This document shows, piece after piece, positions 28,449 to 38,186 of a stretch of 64,000 nucleotides of DNA; positions within the stretch are counted from its first letter, which is position 1; every line of letters begins with the position of its first letter. The DNA comes from Deltaproteobacteria bacterium HGW-Deltaproteobacteria-15 (GTDB lineage Bacteria; Desulfobacterota; DSM-4660; Desulfatiglandales; HGW-15). The notes beneath the pieces were generated by a model. That model had not been told where the DNA came from and did no database searches. It saw nothing but the letters and a program-made list of their open reading frames with translations. A program made the translations under genes and the position numbers. The DNA lies in contig PHBH01000024.1 of NCBI GenBank assembly GCA_002840535.1, positions 3,261-67,260 of the forward strand. Reading direction: 5' to 3'.

Positions 28449-30178
28449 GAGAGGCTGTGCGAGATCAGGGCCAGGAACCCTGCGAGAAAGAGATTCCCCT
28501 CCAGCATGGCTTCGAGCCGCATACCCGGGTACAGCCACCTTCTTTCATAGGCGAGAATTGTAAGCCTCAAGCCTATAAAGCAGCATACAAGAAGATACGA
28601 AACCGAACCTATCGGAACGGCCAACGGCGCAAAGATCAGCAGCAGGACGCCCGCGAGGATGATTCCCTTCAGAAGATAGAGGGCTTTCTTTTCGCCGATT
28701 ACAATGGGAAGAGTCTCCCTTCCCACGATCATATCCCCCTGGAGCTCGAAAATTTCAAAGAGTCCGCCCCTCACATAGACGAGGGCAAAAACGAAGAAGA
28801 AGGAGACCAGTGCAGGACTCCATGCAACTTCCCGTTGCTCCAGCAGGGGCAAAAGGCCCATGAGAGCGGCCCATGCAAGGGCCTGGGAGAGGGTTTTGGA
28901 ACCCGGGATATCCTTGATCTTCGAAAACTGCCACATTTGCCGCAGCCCCTTGGGCACAATGGGGATGCTGTAGATCATGCCGAGCAGGCTCAGCCCCGCC
29001 GTTCCAAAAAGGACGGCATCGCCCAGATCATTGGAAAGGATGAGGGCGGCGGCCATCGCTCCCACCCCGGTTAGAAACAGGGCCGTTTTGTGTTTCCTGT
29101 AGAAGTTCGCCCTTTCCGGATCATTGTATGCACTTGCACCCTTGTCCAGAAAGCGATTGAGGACATACATCGCGTAAATATAGAAGAACGCAAGGGTGGG
29201 GTGCACGAGATCGGGGACTCTCCCCGCCAGGATCATGGACGCACAGGTAAGGGAAAAGGCGCCAAGCGAAACCATGACGTTTCCGAGAAAAAGAAGCTTC
29301 AGCGAGCGACTGACCAGTCGGTGAAGCCGCGATTCCCTCGGACTGCGGATGGACTCGATCCGTTGCACGACACTACGGATCATCCAATTGGGGGTCGATG
29401 CTCCGGCCGTCACGCCGATGACCTCCATATTCGAGAGTCTGTCCTTGTTGAGCTCTTCCTCGGTTTCCACATGAAAGGCGGGTATTCCGGCTTCCTGGGC
29501 AACCTGGACAAGGCGTCGGGTGTTTCCGCTGTGAAACCCCCCCACCACAACGAGCCCATCAACCTGGGGAGCCAGGGATTTCACTTCCTCCTGGCGGCTG
29601 GTAGTGGCATCGCAGATGGTTTCATGGACCTGCGCGTGAGGGTACCTTCTCCGGATGGCATCCACTACTTCCTTATACTTGTCCACATCCTGGGTAGTCT
29701 GGGCGACGACGACGAGCCTCTCCATGTCCGGCAGTTCGCTCACCTGGCTGCTCTCCTCGATAACGTGCACGCGCCCGTTCCCGTACCCGACCAGACCGAT
29801 GACCTCCGGATGGCTGGACTCACCGACGATCACGGCGCGATATCCCTTGCCGGTGTGATACCGGATAATAGACTGCACATGGGCCACATGGGGGCAGGTC
29901 GCATCGATGATCCGCATTCCTGAAGCTTTGAGGATCTTTCGCTGCTGGGGCGGGATACCGTGCGCCCGAATGATGAGGGTGCCCTCTTTTAAATCGGAAT
30001 CGCTTTCGATAACACCGACGCCCTTGGATTCCAGCAGGTCCATGACCTGCTTGTTATGGATCACGGGACCAAAGGTGAATATGGGACCCTTGCTCCTGTT
30101 CGTCTCCAGGAGCACGATCTCGATTGCCCTGCGAACACCCATGCAGAAACCTGCAGTCTTGGCAAGCTTCACCTTCAA
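28445..30178 (-). CDS. ispH: IspH/LytB (HMBPP reductase) fused to a C-terminal approximately 290-aa polytopic membrane domain
   Basis: N-terminal 275 aa carry IspH hallmarks (GFCMGVRRAI, ATCPHV, conserved Cys x3). Continuous ORF into 8 or so TM helices. TTG start overlapping the dus stop (TTGA). Confidence 0.7.
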   Translation of the reverse strand: MKVKLAKTAGFCMGVRRAIEIVLLETNRSKGPIFTFGPVIHNKQVMDLLESKGVGVIESDSDLKEGTLIIRAHGIPPQQRKILKASGMRIIDATCPHVAHVQSIIRYHTGKGYRAVIVGESSHPEVIGLVGYGNGRVHVIEESSQVSELPDMERLVVVAQTTQDVDKYKEVVDAIRRRYPHAQVHETICDATTSRQEEVKSLAPQVDGLVVVGGFHSGNTRRLVQVAQEAGIPAFHVETEEELNKDRLSNMEVIGVTAGASTPNWMIRSVVQRIESIRSPRESRLHRLVSRSLKLLFLGNVMVSLGAFSLTCASMILAGRVPDLVHPTLAFFYIYAMYVLNRFLDKGASAYNDPERANFYRKHKTALFLTGVGAMAAALILSNDLGDAVLFGTAGLSLLGMIYSIPIVPKGLRQMWQFSKIKDIPGSKTLSQALAWAALMGLLPLLEQREVAWSPALVSFFFVFALVYVRGGLFEIFELQGDMIVGRETLPIVIGEKKALYLLKGIILAGVLLLIFAPLAVPIGSVSYLLVCCFIGLRLTILAYERRWLYPGMRLEAMLEGNLFLAGFLALISHSLS

Positions 30179-31152
30179 AACGTTTCCATCTCCAGTGAGG
30201 AAAGGTAATGGTCCACGATGGCAATAAGGCTCTGCGCATCCCTGATTTTTGTGATGCTTTCCCGAAATCGGGCGCAGTTTCTAAGCCCCTTGGTGTAGAA
30301 AAGCATGAGGCTTCGCATGCCAAGAGCCGCCTTGTGTTCACCGGCGGTCTCGGAGAGAAATTGAAAATGCTCCATAATGAAAGATCTGCGCTCCGAGAGA
30401 TCAGGCTCCGCGAAGGGAACTCCCTTCTCCAGGCCAAGGATCTGCCGGAAGATCCAGGGATTCTTCAGGGCTCCCCTCCCGATCATGACCCCGTCGCAGC
30501 CGGTTCTTTTTCTCATCTCCAGCGCTGCATGGGGTTCGAAGATGTCGCCATTCCCGATTACCGGTATTTTGACCCTCTCCTTTACGCGCGATATCCAGCC
30601 CCAGTCCGCGAGCCCGGAAAATCCTTGTGAGGCAAATCGCGGGTGCACGGTGACGGCATCGGCGCCGGAGTCCTCGGCTATCCTGGCCACCTCGCATGCA
30701 ACGGGCGCGTCGGGGGACCATCCAGCGCGGATTTTCACCGTCAAAGGAACGCTGCAGGCCAGCCGCACAGCCTTGACCACCTGCTCGACCCCTTGGAGAT
30801 CCCTGAGGAGCGATGCTCCGGCGCCTGTCCTGACCACCTTCTTGACAGGACACCCCATGTTGATGTCCACGAGATCCGCGCCCGCCTCCACCGCAAGCTG
30901 GGCCGCCCGCGCCATCACCTCCGGCCTCGAGCCGAAAATCTGGACCGACAACGGCCTCTCCGAAGGGTGGGATTTCAGATACTGAAGCGTCTTTTTCTGC
31001 CCCAGCGCCAGTCCCATGGCGCTGATCATCTCCGTGGTCACCAGCCCGGCCCCAAGTTTCTTGACCATTAAACGAAACGGCAGGTTGGTGTAGCCTGCCA
31101 TCGGGGCCATGATGAGGGGATTGGCTATTTTCAGGTTACCTATCTGCAGCAT
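30175..31152 (-). CDS. tRNA-dihydrouridine synthase (Dus family)
   Basis: LAPMAGYTNLPFR N-terminus, catalytic Cys (NMGCP) and TIM-barrel motifs. Confidence 0.85.
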   Translation of the reverse strand: MLQIGNLKIANPLIMAPMAGYTNLPFRLMVKKLGAGLVTTEMISAMGLALGQKKTLQYLKSHPSERPLSVQIFGSRPEVMARAAQLAVEAGADLVDINMGCPVKKVVRTGAGASLLRDLQGVEQVVKAVRLACSVPLTVKIRAGWSPDAPVACEVARIAEDSGADAVTVHPRFASQGFSGLADWGWISRVKERVKIPVIGNGDIFEPHAALEMRKRTGCDGVMIGRGALKNPWIFRQILGLEKGVPFAEPDLSERRSFIMEHFQFLSETAGEHKAALGMRSLMLFYTKGLRNCARFRESITKIRDAQSLIAIVDHYLSSLEMETF

Positions 31153-31229
31153 GAACTCATTTTATCGGACTTACACAGCAGATACAACGGCTTTCCCGGC
31201 CTGCAAAGAGGACTAGACGACGGATTCAT

Positions 31230-32771
31230 CTACTGATCATCTTTAGCGGGCTTATTCATACTCTTCATATCCCCCAGAAACTTGGGGAGGTCCAGTCCCG
31301 CCATTTCGGCGATGTCATGGAGAGGCGGCAGGCTCTTGACAAAGCCTGAAAGAAAATTGGCTGTCGTGGTGCCGCCGCCGTTCTCTTTTCCTGAATCCCA
31401 AACGGTAATCTTGTCGATTTTGAGATTCTTGATGGCCTCAACCTGCAAGTTCACCAGGTCCTGCAGTTTCTCAATCATCAGGAATGTGCCGGCGGCCTTG
31501 GCATCCCCGCTGCAGCTCTTGACCAGGTCGGAATAACCGGCAGCCTTGCTTTCAAGGACCTTCCTGACGCCTTCAGCCTCTGCCTGGTATCTTAAAAGGA
31601 TCGCGTCGGCCTGACCCTTTGCCACCCTTCGGACCCGTTCGGCCTCTGCTTCCGCCGCAATTTCGATCTTCTGTTTTTCGATTTCCTTCTGGACCACTTC
31701 CTCGGCTATCAACCGTTCACGCTCGGTATTGTACTGGGCTTTTTGGATCTCTTCCATGGCCTTCCGATTGGCCACCTCGCCACGCATATAAGCGTCCGCC
31801 TTCTTGACGGCCAGCTGGGCCTGGGATTCCGCAATATCCGCCTTGGCCGTGTTTTCACCTGCAACCGCCTCTGCCTCCTGCTGCTGCACGTAGATACGTT
31901 TATCGGCTTCGGCCTTTTTCTTGCCTTTTTCTGCTTCTGCAGCATTTTCGGCCACGCGTATGTCTTTTTCCTTGTTCGCAGTGGCTTCACCGATGGTGGC
32001 GGATGTCTCCTGCTGCTGGACAAAAACTCTCCGTTCCGCATCGGCCTTCTTTTTTCCCTTTTCCGCCTCTGCCAGGTTTTCCGCAACGCGGATCTCTTTT
32101 TCCTTGGAAGCCATGGATTGACCGATGGCCCCCAGTTTTTCCTGCTCCGCCACATCGATCTTTGCCTGGTTGATCGCTTCTGCCGCGGCCTTTTTGCCGA
32201 TACTCTCGATGTAGTCGGAAGAATCCGTGATATCCGTAATATTCACATTGATGAGGTACAATCCGATCTTATTGAGCTCCGGAGCCACATTTTTTCGGAT
32301 CTCTTCGAGGAATTTTTCGCGATCCTGGTTGATCTGTTCAATGGTCAGGGACGCAACGGTGAGCCTGAGCTGGCCGAAGATGATCTCCTTGGCCATCTCC
32401 TCGATATCCGTCTGGGGCAGATTCAGGAGCCTTTCCGCTGCATTGTTCATTATGCCTTCTTCAGTGCTGATGCCCACCGTAAATGTGCTGGGGACATTGA
32501 TGCGGATATTCTGCATTGAAAGGGCATTCTGCAGGGGAATGCTGATGGTCATGGGCGTGAGGTCCATGTAAGCATAGTCCTGAATCAGTGGTATGACCAA
32601 CGCGCCCCCGCCGTGGATACATTGGGCTGACTGGCCTTCCCCGACCCTGCCGTAAATCACCAGAATTTTATCAGACGGACACCTTTTGTACCGCGATGCA
32701 AGGAACAGCAAGACCATAAAAATCAATGCCAAAGCTGCAATTATCACCCACAACCAGACTCCGAGTCCCAT
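31230..32771 (-). CDS. flotillin-like SPFH/band-7 protein
   Basis: N-terminal TM, SPFH domain, and a long EA-rich coiled-coil repeat region. Confidence 0.8.
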   Translation of the reverse strand: MGLGVWLWVIIAALALIFMVLLFLASRYKRCPSDKILVIYGRVGEGQSAQCIHGGGALVIPLIQDYAYMDLTPMTISIPLQNALSMQNIRINVPSTFTVGISTEEGIMNNAAERLLNLPQTDIEEMAKEIIFGQLRLTVASLTIEQINQDREKFLEEIRKNVAPELNKIGLYLINVNITDITDSSDYIESIGKKAAAEAINQAKIDVAEQEKLGAIGQSMASKEKEIRVAENLAEAEKGKKKADAERRVFVQQQETSATIGEATANKEKDIRVAENAAEAEKGKKKAEADKRIYVQQQEAEAVAGENTAKADIAESQAQLAVKKADAYMRGEVANRKAMEEIQKAQYNTERERLIAEEVVQKEIEKQKIEIAAEAEAERVRRVAKGQADAILLRYQAEAEGVRKVLESKAAGYSDLVKSCSGDAKAAGTFLMIEKLQDLVNLQVEAIKNLKIDKITVWDSGKENGGGTTTANFLSGFVKSLPPLHDIAEMAGLDLPKFLGDMKSMNKPAKDDQ

Positions 32772-32797
32772 AGGTGTCTCCTTCCTTGAAGATGCTA

Positions 32798-33370
32798 TTA
32801 TATGGATTCTACGACCAGGACATTGCCATCTACCCAGACAACCCTGACAGGCGTCCCTGTCTTAATGCCCTTCTTGTCATTTGACATGGCGTCATATTCA
32901 CGCAGACTGCTGTGGACTTTGATCAGCACTCTCCCGTTGCCGTTTTCCGGGATATTGGTATAGACCTCGCCCTGGGCACCGACGGTGTTGTCGATGGTAA
33001 TGGTGCCGCTGGATTTTAGCCCGGCAATCATGGCGAAAAGCTTACCCATAACCCAGATGCACAATAATCCGGCAGCTGTCCCTCCAATGACGGCTATCAG
33101 GGTCCCCACCCCGCTCTCATGATGGAGGGCAAGCCCCACCAGGCCGAACATCATAAGAAAAGAGGTGATGCCCTGGAGAGACAGGGCTCTGAAACCCACA
33201 TCCGAATCCGAATGATGGGCGTCTATGTCATGCCCTCCCATGTCCATGTGGGTATCCACATCGTGGTCCATACCCATAAACTGCGCTATCAATTTGAGGA
33301 GTACAAAGAAGCCTCCAATGACGGCACAGATCAGGAAAAAGACTTCAACCCCATTGTATTGAGAGAACAT
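32798..33370 (-). CDS. NfeD-like membrane protein (flotillin partner)
   Basis: TM helices plus a C-terminal OB-fold-like beta region. Start at the ATG at 33370 with a GAGGAGGG SD. Genomic pairing with flotillin. Confidence 0.6.
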   Translation of the reverse strand: MFSQYNGVEVFFLICAVIGGFFVLLKLIAQFMGMDHDVDTHMDMGGHDIDAHHSDSDVGFRALSLQGITSFLMMFGLVGLALHHESGVGTLIAVIGGTAAGLLCIWVMGKLFAMIAGLKSSGTITIDNTVGAQGEVYTNIPENGNGRVLIKVHSSLREYDAMSNDKKGIKTGTPVRVVWVDGNVLVVESI

Positions 33371-33670
33371 ACCACCCTCCTCACACCAATTGCTTCCAAT
33401 CTTGATTCTCCGGTGAACACAAACCTGAAACGGTGCGAGTGTAGTGCGAAAATGCAAAGAACCGTTGGACGCACCGCGCTAGCGCAAGTTGGCCGCTGAT
33501 TTTAGGAAACAGATGGTACAACCTTAAAAGGATATTCGGTAATATGATGATACAGGTTTAGTAGAATTTTGAAGAGGCGGCTCTGGTTATTGTCTTTTCG
33601 TTCGAGATAATAGTTGTTCTCGCCTTAATATCAACAGAATTTATGTGGCATGGGCGAAAGACCGCTGCTC

Positions 33671-34381
33671 TTATTCCAGATCATTGGCTGGGCCTGAAGC
33701 GGGCTGTTTCGGTTCCCGCGGATCGGCCTCATCCGGTGTCAAGGACGATTTTAGGCCTTCAAATTCCTTTTCAATTTCTTCATCCTCCAGAAGTGTGTCG
33801 AACTCGGATTCCAGCCTGGTCTTTCCGGTATAGCGGGCACCGGATTCTATACTCTCGAGGCGCTTTTCCATTTCCTCAAACCGAAGCACGGCATCGGTGC
33901 TCTCCATGCTGCGGATTTTCTGTTGCGCACGCATCCTGCCGTTGGCATAAATCTGGCGGTGAACCAGGGTGCGTTGTTTTTCCCTGGCATTTTGGAGTCT
34001 GTCTGTCAGTTCCCGAATGTCTTCCTGATACCGTGCGACGAGCGCATTGTGGTCGTCCAGCTCTTTCCTAAGGTTCTCTCCCTTGTTTGTGAATCGACGT
34101 TTCTGGACCAGCGCTTCTCGTGCAAGGTCATTCCGGCCTTTTTTGACAGCCAGCACTGCCCGTTCATCCCACAACTTCTCCCGCTCGCCGGTTTCCATGG
34201 TCTGCCGCTGGATCTTCCTGCAGCCGGCCATGCCGCGGGCACAGGATGCCTTAAGCTCCACCAGGGTGTCTTCCATTTCCCGGATGATGATTTTGACCAG
34301 CTTCTCAGGGTCTTCTGATTTGTCCAGCATGGAATTGATATTTGAACTGATGATGTCCCTGAACCTCGTGAAAATTCCCAT
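33671..34381 (-). CDS. pspA: PspA/IM30 family (phage shock protein A)
   Basis: Conserved N-terminus [27 protein letters not shown]; coiled-coil protein. GGAGG SD. Confidence 0.8.
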   Translation of the reverse strand: [236 protein letters not shown]

Positions 34382-34802
34382 GGTATAATCCTCCGTAAAT
34401 TTTCACTCGCTGCCTTCCTCATCTCGATTTCTTATCCAAGACTGAAGCATTGAACATGCCGGACTTGGTTCCTGCGATATAGATCACCTGTTATCAACGA
34501 GATACGGCTTTAAAGATTCTCCCAGTCACGGGTAGTTGAAACCGAATATAGGCCAATGAATCCAAATAGTGACATTTTATACCATTCCTTTTTCAAAAGA
34601 AATGCCACAAAGGCCCGGGAAACACAGACAGAAAAGTCAGGAGCCAGAAGACAGGAGTCAGAAGACAGAAGAATCCGGCAAGGGGCAAGAAAAGGTCTGT
34701 GTCCTTTGGTAAGGCACGGCTGGCGTCCGGAGTCGTTAACTCTACAAACGTCGGAAGCTGGCAGGTACAACAGTTTTCCCGGATTGAAATTTTTATTGAC
34801 GC

Positions 34803-34850
34803 ACACTATATATTGGGCTTAAAAAGATCTTTGTGCCCATATATAATGTA
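34803..34850. promoter_or_regulatory. tandem NrdR boxes (acactatatattgggc and tgcccatatataatgt), centres about 32 bp apart, upstream of nrdJ
   Basis: Box 1 matches the acaCwAtATaTwGtgt consensus at about 14/16. Box 2 (minus strand) is weaker at about 11/16. Three-helical-turn spacing is typical for NrdR operators. Confidence 0.65.
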
Positions 34851-34927
34851 TCTTGCGGTCCGGATAACTTGTATCTCTTTGATGTTTTCACCTTTTTCGG
34901 CCACAAATCTCTTTAAGGAGGACTCGC

Positions 34928-37420
34928 ATGTCAAGGGAGACCAAGATCCTGGTAACGGAAGAAGGCGTATTCGATCTTGCCTCCTACAGGTGGGACGACC
35001 GGCTCTTCTCTGACCTTCTTACCAGGGAAAATCCTATTGACACAGACCAGGCCATGCTCATCAGCAAGTCCCTGAGGGACGAGATCCGAAGGATGGAGCT
35101 GCAAACCATCCCCGTCCCCCTCCTTGAAAAGATCATCGAGAATAAGCTGCTGGAATACGGACTCGCCAAGCCCTCCCCGGTGAAGCTGGAGAAATCGATT
35201 TTCGTGAAAAAGCAGGAATTGGAACTCTCCGACAACGCACGAACAGTGCTCAAACGAAGGTATCTCAGAAAGGATGAAGGGGGCAGGATAATCGAAACCC
35301 CGGAAGAGATGTTCAGGCGGGTATCGAGGCATATCGCCCTTGCTGAAAAAAACTTTGGTGCAGACGATCGATTCCTGAACGAGATGGATGAGCGGTTCTA
35401 TGCGCTTATGACGGATTTCCGGTTCCTGCCGAATTCTCCCACGCTCATGAACGCCGGTCGAAGACTCGGTCAGTTGGCAGCCTGTTTCGTCCTCCCCGTA
35501 GACGACAGCATGGACGGCATATTCGATGCTTTGAAGAATGCGGCCCTGATTCACAAGTCCGGCGGAGGAACAGGTTTTTCCTTTTCACGGCTGCGGCCCA
35601 AGAACAGCAAAGTCGGCACGACCGGAGGAGTGGCATCCGGACCGGTCTCCTTCATGAAGATCTTCAACACGGCCACGGAGCAGGTAAAACAGGGCGGCAC
35701 CAGGCGGGGAGCCAACATGGCCATCCTCCGTGTGGACCATCCGGATATCCAGGAATTCATTACCTGCAAGAAGACCAACCGGGAGCTGAACAACTTCAAC
35801 ATCTCGGTGGGAGTCACGGATCTTTTCATGCAAGCCGTGCGGGCAGGGAAATCCTATGATCTGATCGACCCGCGAACCCGGGACAAAGTGGGTGAGCTGG
35901 ATGCTTCGGAGGTCTATCACAGCCTTGTTTTTCATGCGTGGGAAAACGGGGACCCGGGGGTGGTGTTCCTGGACAAGGTCAACAAGGACAATCCCACCCC
36001 GGCGCTGGGTGAGATTGAGAGCACCAATCCGTGCGGCGAGCAGCCTCTCCTGCCAATGGAGGCATGCAATCTCGGATCCGTCAATCTGGCAAAGTTCGTC
36101 ACATCCTCCCATAACGGGCCTGCAGTGGATTGGGCCGGTCTCAAAGAGACGGTGTGGCTCTCGGTGCGCTTTCTGGACAATGTGATCGAAAGGTCTCTCT
36201 ACCCCCTGCCGGAGATTGAGGCCATGGCGAAGGGAAACAGGAAGATCGGCCTGGGGGTCATGGGTTTTGCGGATTTGCTGTACCATCTTAGAATACCTTA
36301 CAACTCGGACAGAGCGATCCAAACCGCAGAGGAGGTCATGAGCTTCATTCAGAAGGAATCGCATGAAGCATCCAAATCCCTCGCGGAAGAGCGGGGGACC
36401 TTCCCCAATTTCGACAGGAGCATCTTTAGAAAGAGGGAGGGTAGCAGGTTCAGAAATGCCACCGCCACGACCATTGCCCCTACCGGCACCCTTTCCATCA
36501 TAGCGGGGTGCTCCAGCGGAATAGAACCCCTCTTCGCGCTCAGTTTTGTGAGGAGGGTGATGGACAATGACGAGCTCTTGGAGGTGAACCCCATTTTCGA
36601 ACAGGTCGCAAGGGAAAGGGGATTCTACAGCCGGGAGCTCATGGATGCGGTGGCCAGGGACGGAAGCATCAGGGATCTGCCCGGCATCCCTGAAGATGTG
36701 AGACAGGTCTTTGTGACCGCTCACGACATCGTCCCTGAGTGGCACGTTCGGATGCAGGCGGCGTTTCAAAAGTACACGGACAACGCGGTTTCCAAAACCG
36801 TGAATCTCCCCAGGGATGCTTCGGTCGAGGACGTCAGGAAGGTGTATGCCCTTGCTTATGAGCTGGGTTGCAAGGGAGTGACGATCTACCGGGACGGCAG
36901 CAAGGAGAACCAGGTCCTCAGTTATGACCACAAAACGGAGGACGCGGCGGGCGGCATCAGTGATGTGCGCGATCGCCCGGAAACGCTGGAAGGCTTTACC
37001 ACCAAGCTGCTGACCGGCATGGGCAATCTCTATGTGACCGTGACCGAGATGGATGGAAAGCCCTTCGAGGTATTCGCAACCATAGGGAAGTCGGGAAAGT
37101 CCACTATGGCAAAAACAGAGGCCATCGGCAGACTGGTGTCTCTCGCCCTGCGATCCGGAGTGAATGTTGCGAAGATCGTCGAGCAGCTGAAAGGGATCTG
37201 CGGCGAGCATCCCGTCTTCCAGAAGGACGGATTGATCCTGTCCATCCCCGATGCCATCAGCAAGGTGCTTGAGAAGAGATATCTGAAGGATGGGAAAGAC
37301 CGAATCAAGAAACACGAAAACAGCCTCCTCGGGGAAACCTGTCCAGAGTGCGGCCAGAAGATCAGCTTCGAAGAGGGCTGCATGACCTGCCATTTCTGCG
37401 GCTACACCAGATGCGGGTAG
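34928..37420 (+). CDS. nrdJ: adenosylcobalamin-dependent ribonucleotide reductase (class II) with C-terminal zinc ribbon
   Basis: TNPCGEQPL..EACNLGS active-site region and class II architecture. AAGGAGG SD. Confidence 0.9.
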   Translation: MSRETKILVTEEGVFDLASYRWDDRLFSDLLTRENPIDTDQAMLISKSLRDEIRRMELQTIPVPLLEKIIENKLLEYGLAKPSPVKLEKSIFVKKQELELSDNARTVLKRRYLRKDEGGRIIETPEEMFRRVSRHIALAEKNFGADDRFLNEMDERFYALMTDFRFLPNSPTLMNAGRRLGQLAACFVLPVDDSMDGIFDALKNAALIHKSGGGTGFSFSRLRPKNSKVGTTGGVASGPVSFMKIFNTATEQVKQGGTRRGANMAILRVDHPDIQEFITCKKTNRELNNFNISVGVTDLFMQAVRAGKSYDLIDPRTRDKVGELDASEVYHSLVFHAWENGDPGVVFLDKVNKDNPTPALGEIESTNPCGEQPLLPMEACNLGSVNLAKFVTSSHNGPAVDWAGLKETVWLSVRFLDNVIERSLYPLPEIEAMAKGNRKIGLGVMGFADLLYHLRIPYNSDRAIQTAEEVMSFIQKESHEASKSLAEERGTFPNFDRSIFRKREGSRFRNATATTIAPTGTLSIIAGCSSGIEPLFALSFVRRVMDNDELLEVNPIFEQVARERGFYSRELMDAVARDGSIRDLPGIPEDVRQVFVTAHDIVPEWHVRMQAAFQKYTDNAVSKTVNLPRDASVEDVRKVYALAYELGCKGVTIYRDGSKENQVLSYDHKTEDAAGGISDVRDRPETLEGFTTKLLTGMGNLYVTVTEMDGKPFEVFATIGKSGKSTMAKTEAIGRLVSLALRSGVNVAKIVEQLKGICGEHPVFQKDGLILSIPDAISKVLEKRYLKDGKDRIKKHENSLLGETCPECGQKISFEEGCMTCHFCGYTRCG

Positions 37421-37594
37421 GTAGATTTATCCACAGATTCGAAAGAAGGGCCGCAAAGCGAAAGCCGCGCAGTTGCTGATCTCCGACCTCCGATCTCTGA
37501 CCATCTCTATCCGTGTTCATCCGCGTCCCAATTCTTATTTTTCTTTTATGCACCTGCAGACCTCTGGCCTCCGACCTCACTCCCGTTCCCTTTC

Positions 37595-37622
37595 TTGACA
37601 TACCGTCGACCCTGATTATATT
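37595..37622 (+). promoter_or_regulatory. sigma70-like promoter TTGACA-N16-TATATT upstream of hsp20
   Basis: Read from the sequence. About 60 nt upstream of the hsp20 start. Confidence 0.5.
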
Positions 37623-37680
37623 GCATGCCAAGGATTTTGGGTTCAAACCCTTAGAAAACGTGGATAGGAGGTGGTCAGCT

Positions 37681-38127
37681 ATGACAACTGCTCTCGAAAA
37701 AAAGATGAGGAGACCGTCTTGGATGACCCCGTTCGGCGAAGAAGGGTTAGGCGATGTTTTCTTTGACAGACTTTGGCCGGAGTGGCGACGAGACATGGGT
37801 GAAGAATGGACTCCGACTGTGGACCTTTTTGAAAAGGAAGGAAATTATCACCTCAAAGCGGAACTCCCAGGCTTCAATAAGGAGGATATTTCGGTAAGCT
37901 TGAGCGAAGGAACGGTTACCCTGACTGGAAAGAAAGAGTCCAGCCATGAAGAGAAGACCGAGGAATACCATATCAAGGAAATGTCATCCGGTTCGTTCAC
38001 CAGGAGTTTTGAATTGCCCGGCGAAGTCGACGAGGAGAAGATCGACGCCAATTACAAGGACGGGGTCCTGACGGTGATCATGCCCAAGAAGAATGGTTCA
38101 AAGGCCAAGAGAATAGAAGTTCACTGA
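37681..38127 (+). CDS. Hsp20/alpha-crystallin small heat shock protein
   Basis: Alpha-crystallin domain (P.VDL.E......L.AELPG....D) and C-terminal I/V-x-I/V. GGAGGTG SD. Confidence 0.85.
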   Translation: MTTALEKKMRRPSWMTPFGEEGLGDVFFDRLWPEWRRDMGEEWTPTVDLFEKEGNYHLKAELPGFNKEDISVSLSEGTVTLTGKKESSHEEKTEEYHIKEMSSGSFTRSFELPGEVDEEKIDANYKDGVLTVIMPKKNGSKAKRIEVH

Positions 38128-38144
38128 TAACGTCTTCATGAAGA

Positions 38145-38186
38145 AACGAGGGCCATGCTCATGTGAGCATGGCCCTCGTTATTTAT
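38145..38186 (+). terminator. rho-independent terminator (16-bp perfect stem aacgagggccatgctca / tgagcatggccctcgtt, then TTATTTAT)
   Basis: Read from the sequence immediately after the hsp20 stop. Confidence 0.7.

Noticed and set aside
31743-32519. 258-aa plus-strand ORF antisense to the flotillin gene
   Set aside because: Lies inside the EA-rich coiled-coil coding repeats of the flotillin gene, and its frame is an artefact of that repeat.
35585-37393. 602-aa minus-strand ORF fully inside nrdJ
   Set aside because: Antisense to a gene with unmistakable class II RNR motifs. Long stop-free antisense frames are expected at this GC content, and there is no SD or family signal.
37635-37648. GGGTTCAAACCC resembling a tRNA T-arm
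   Set aside because: The loop is 6 nt rather than 7, and no D-arm, anticodon stem or acceptor stem is present in the flanks; not a tRNA.
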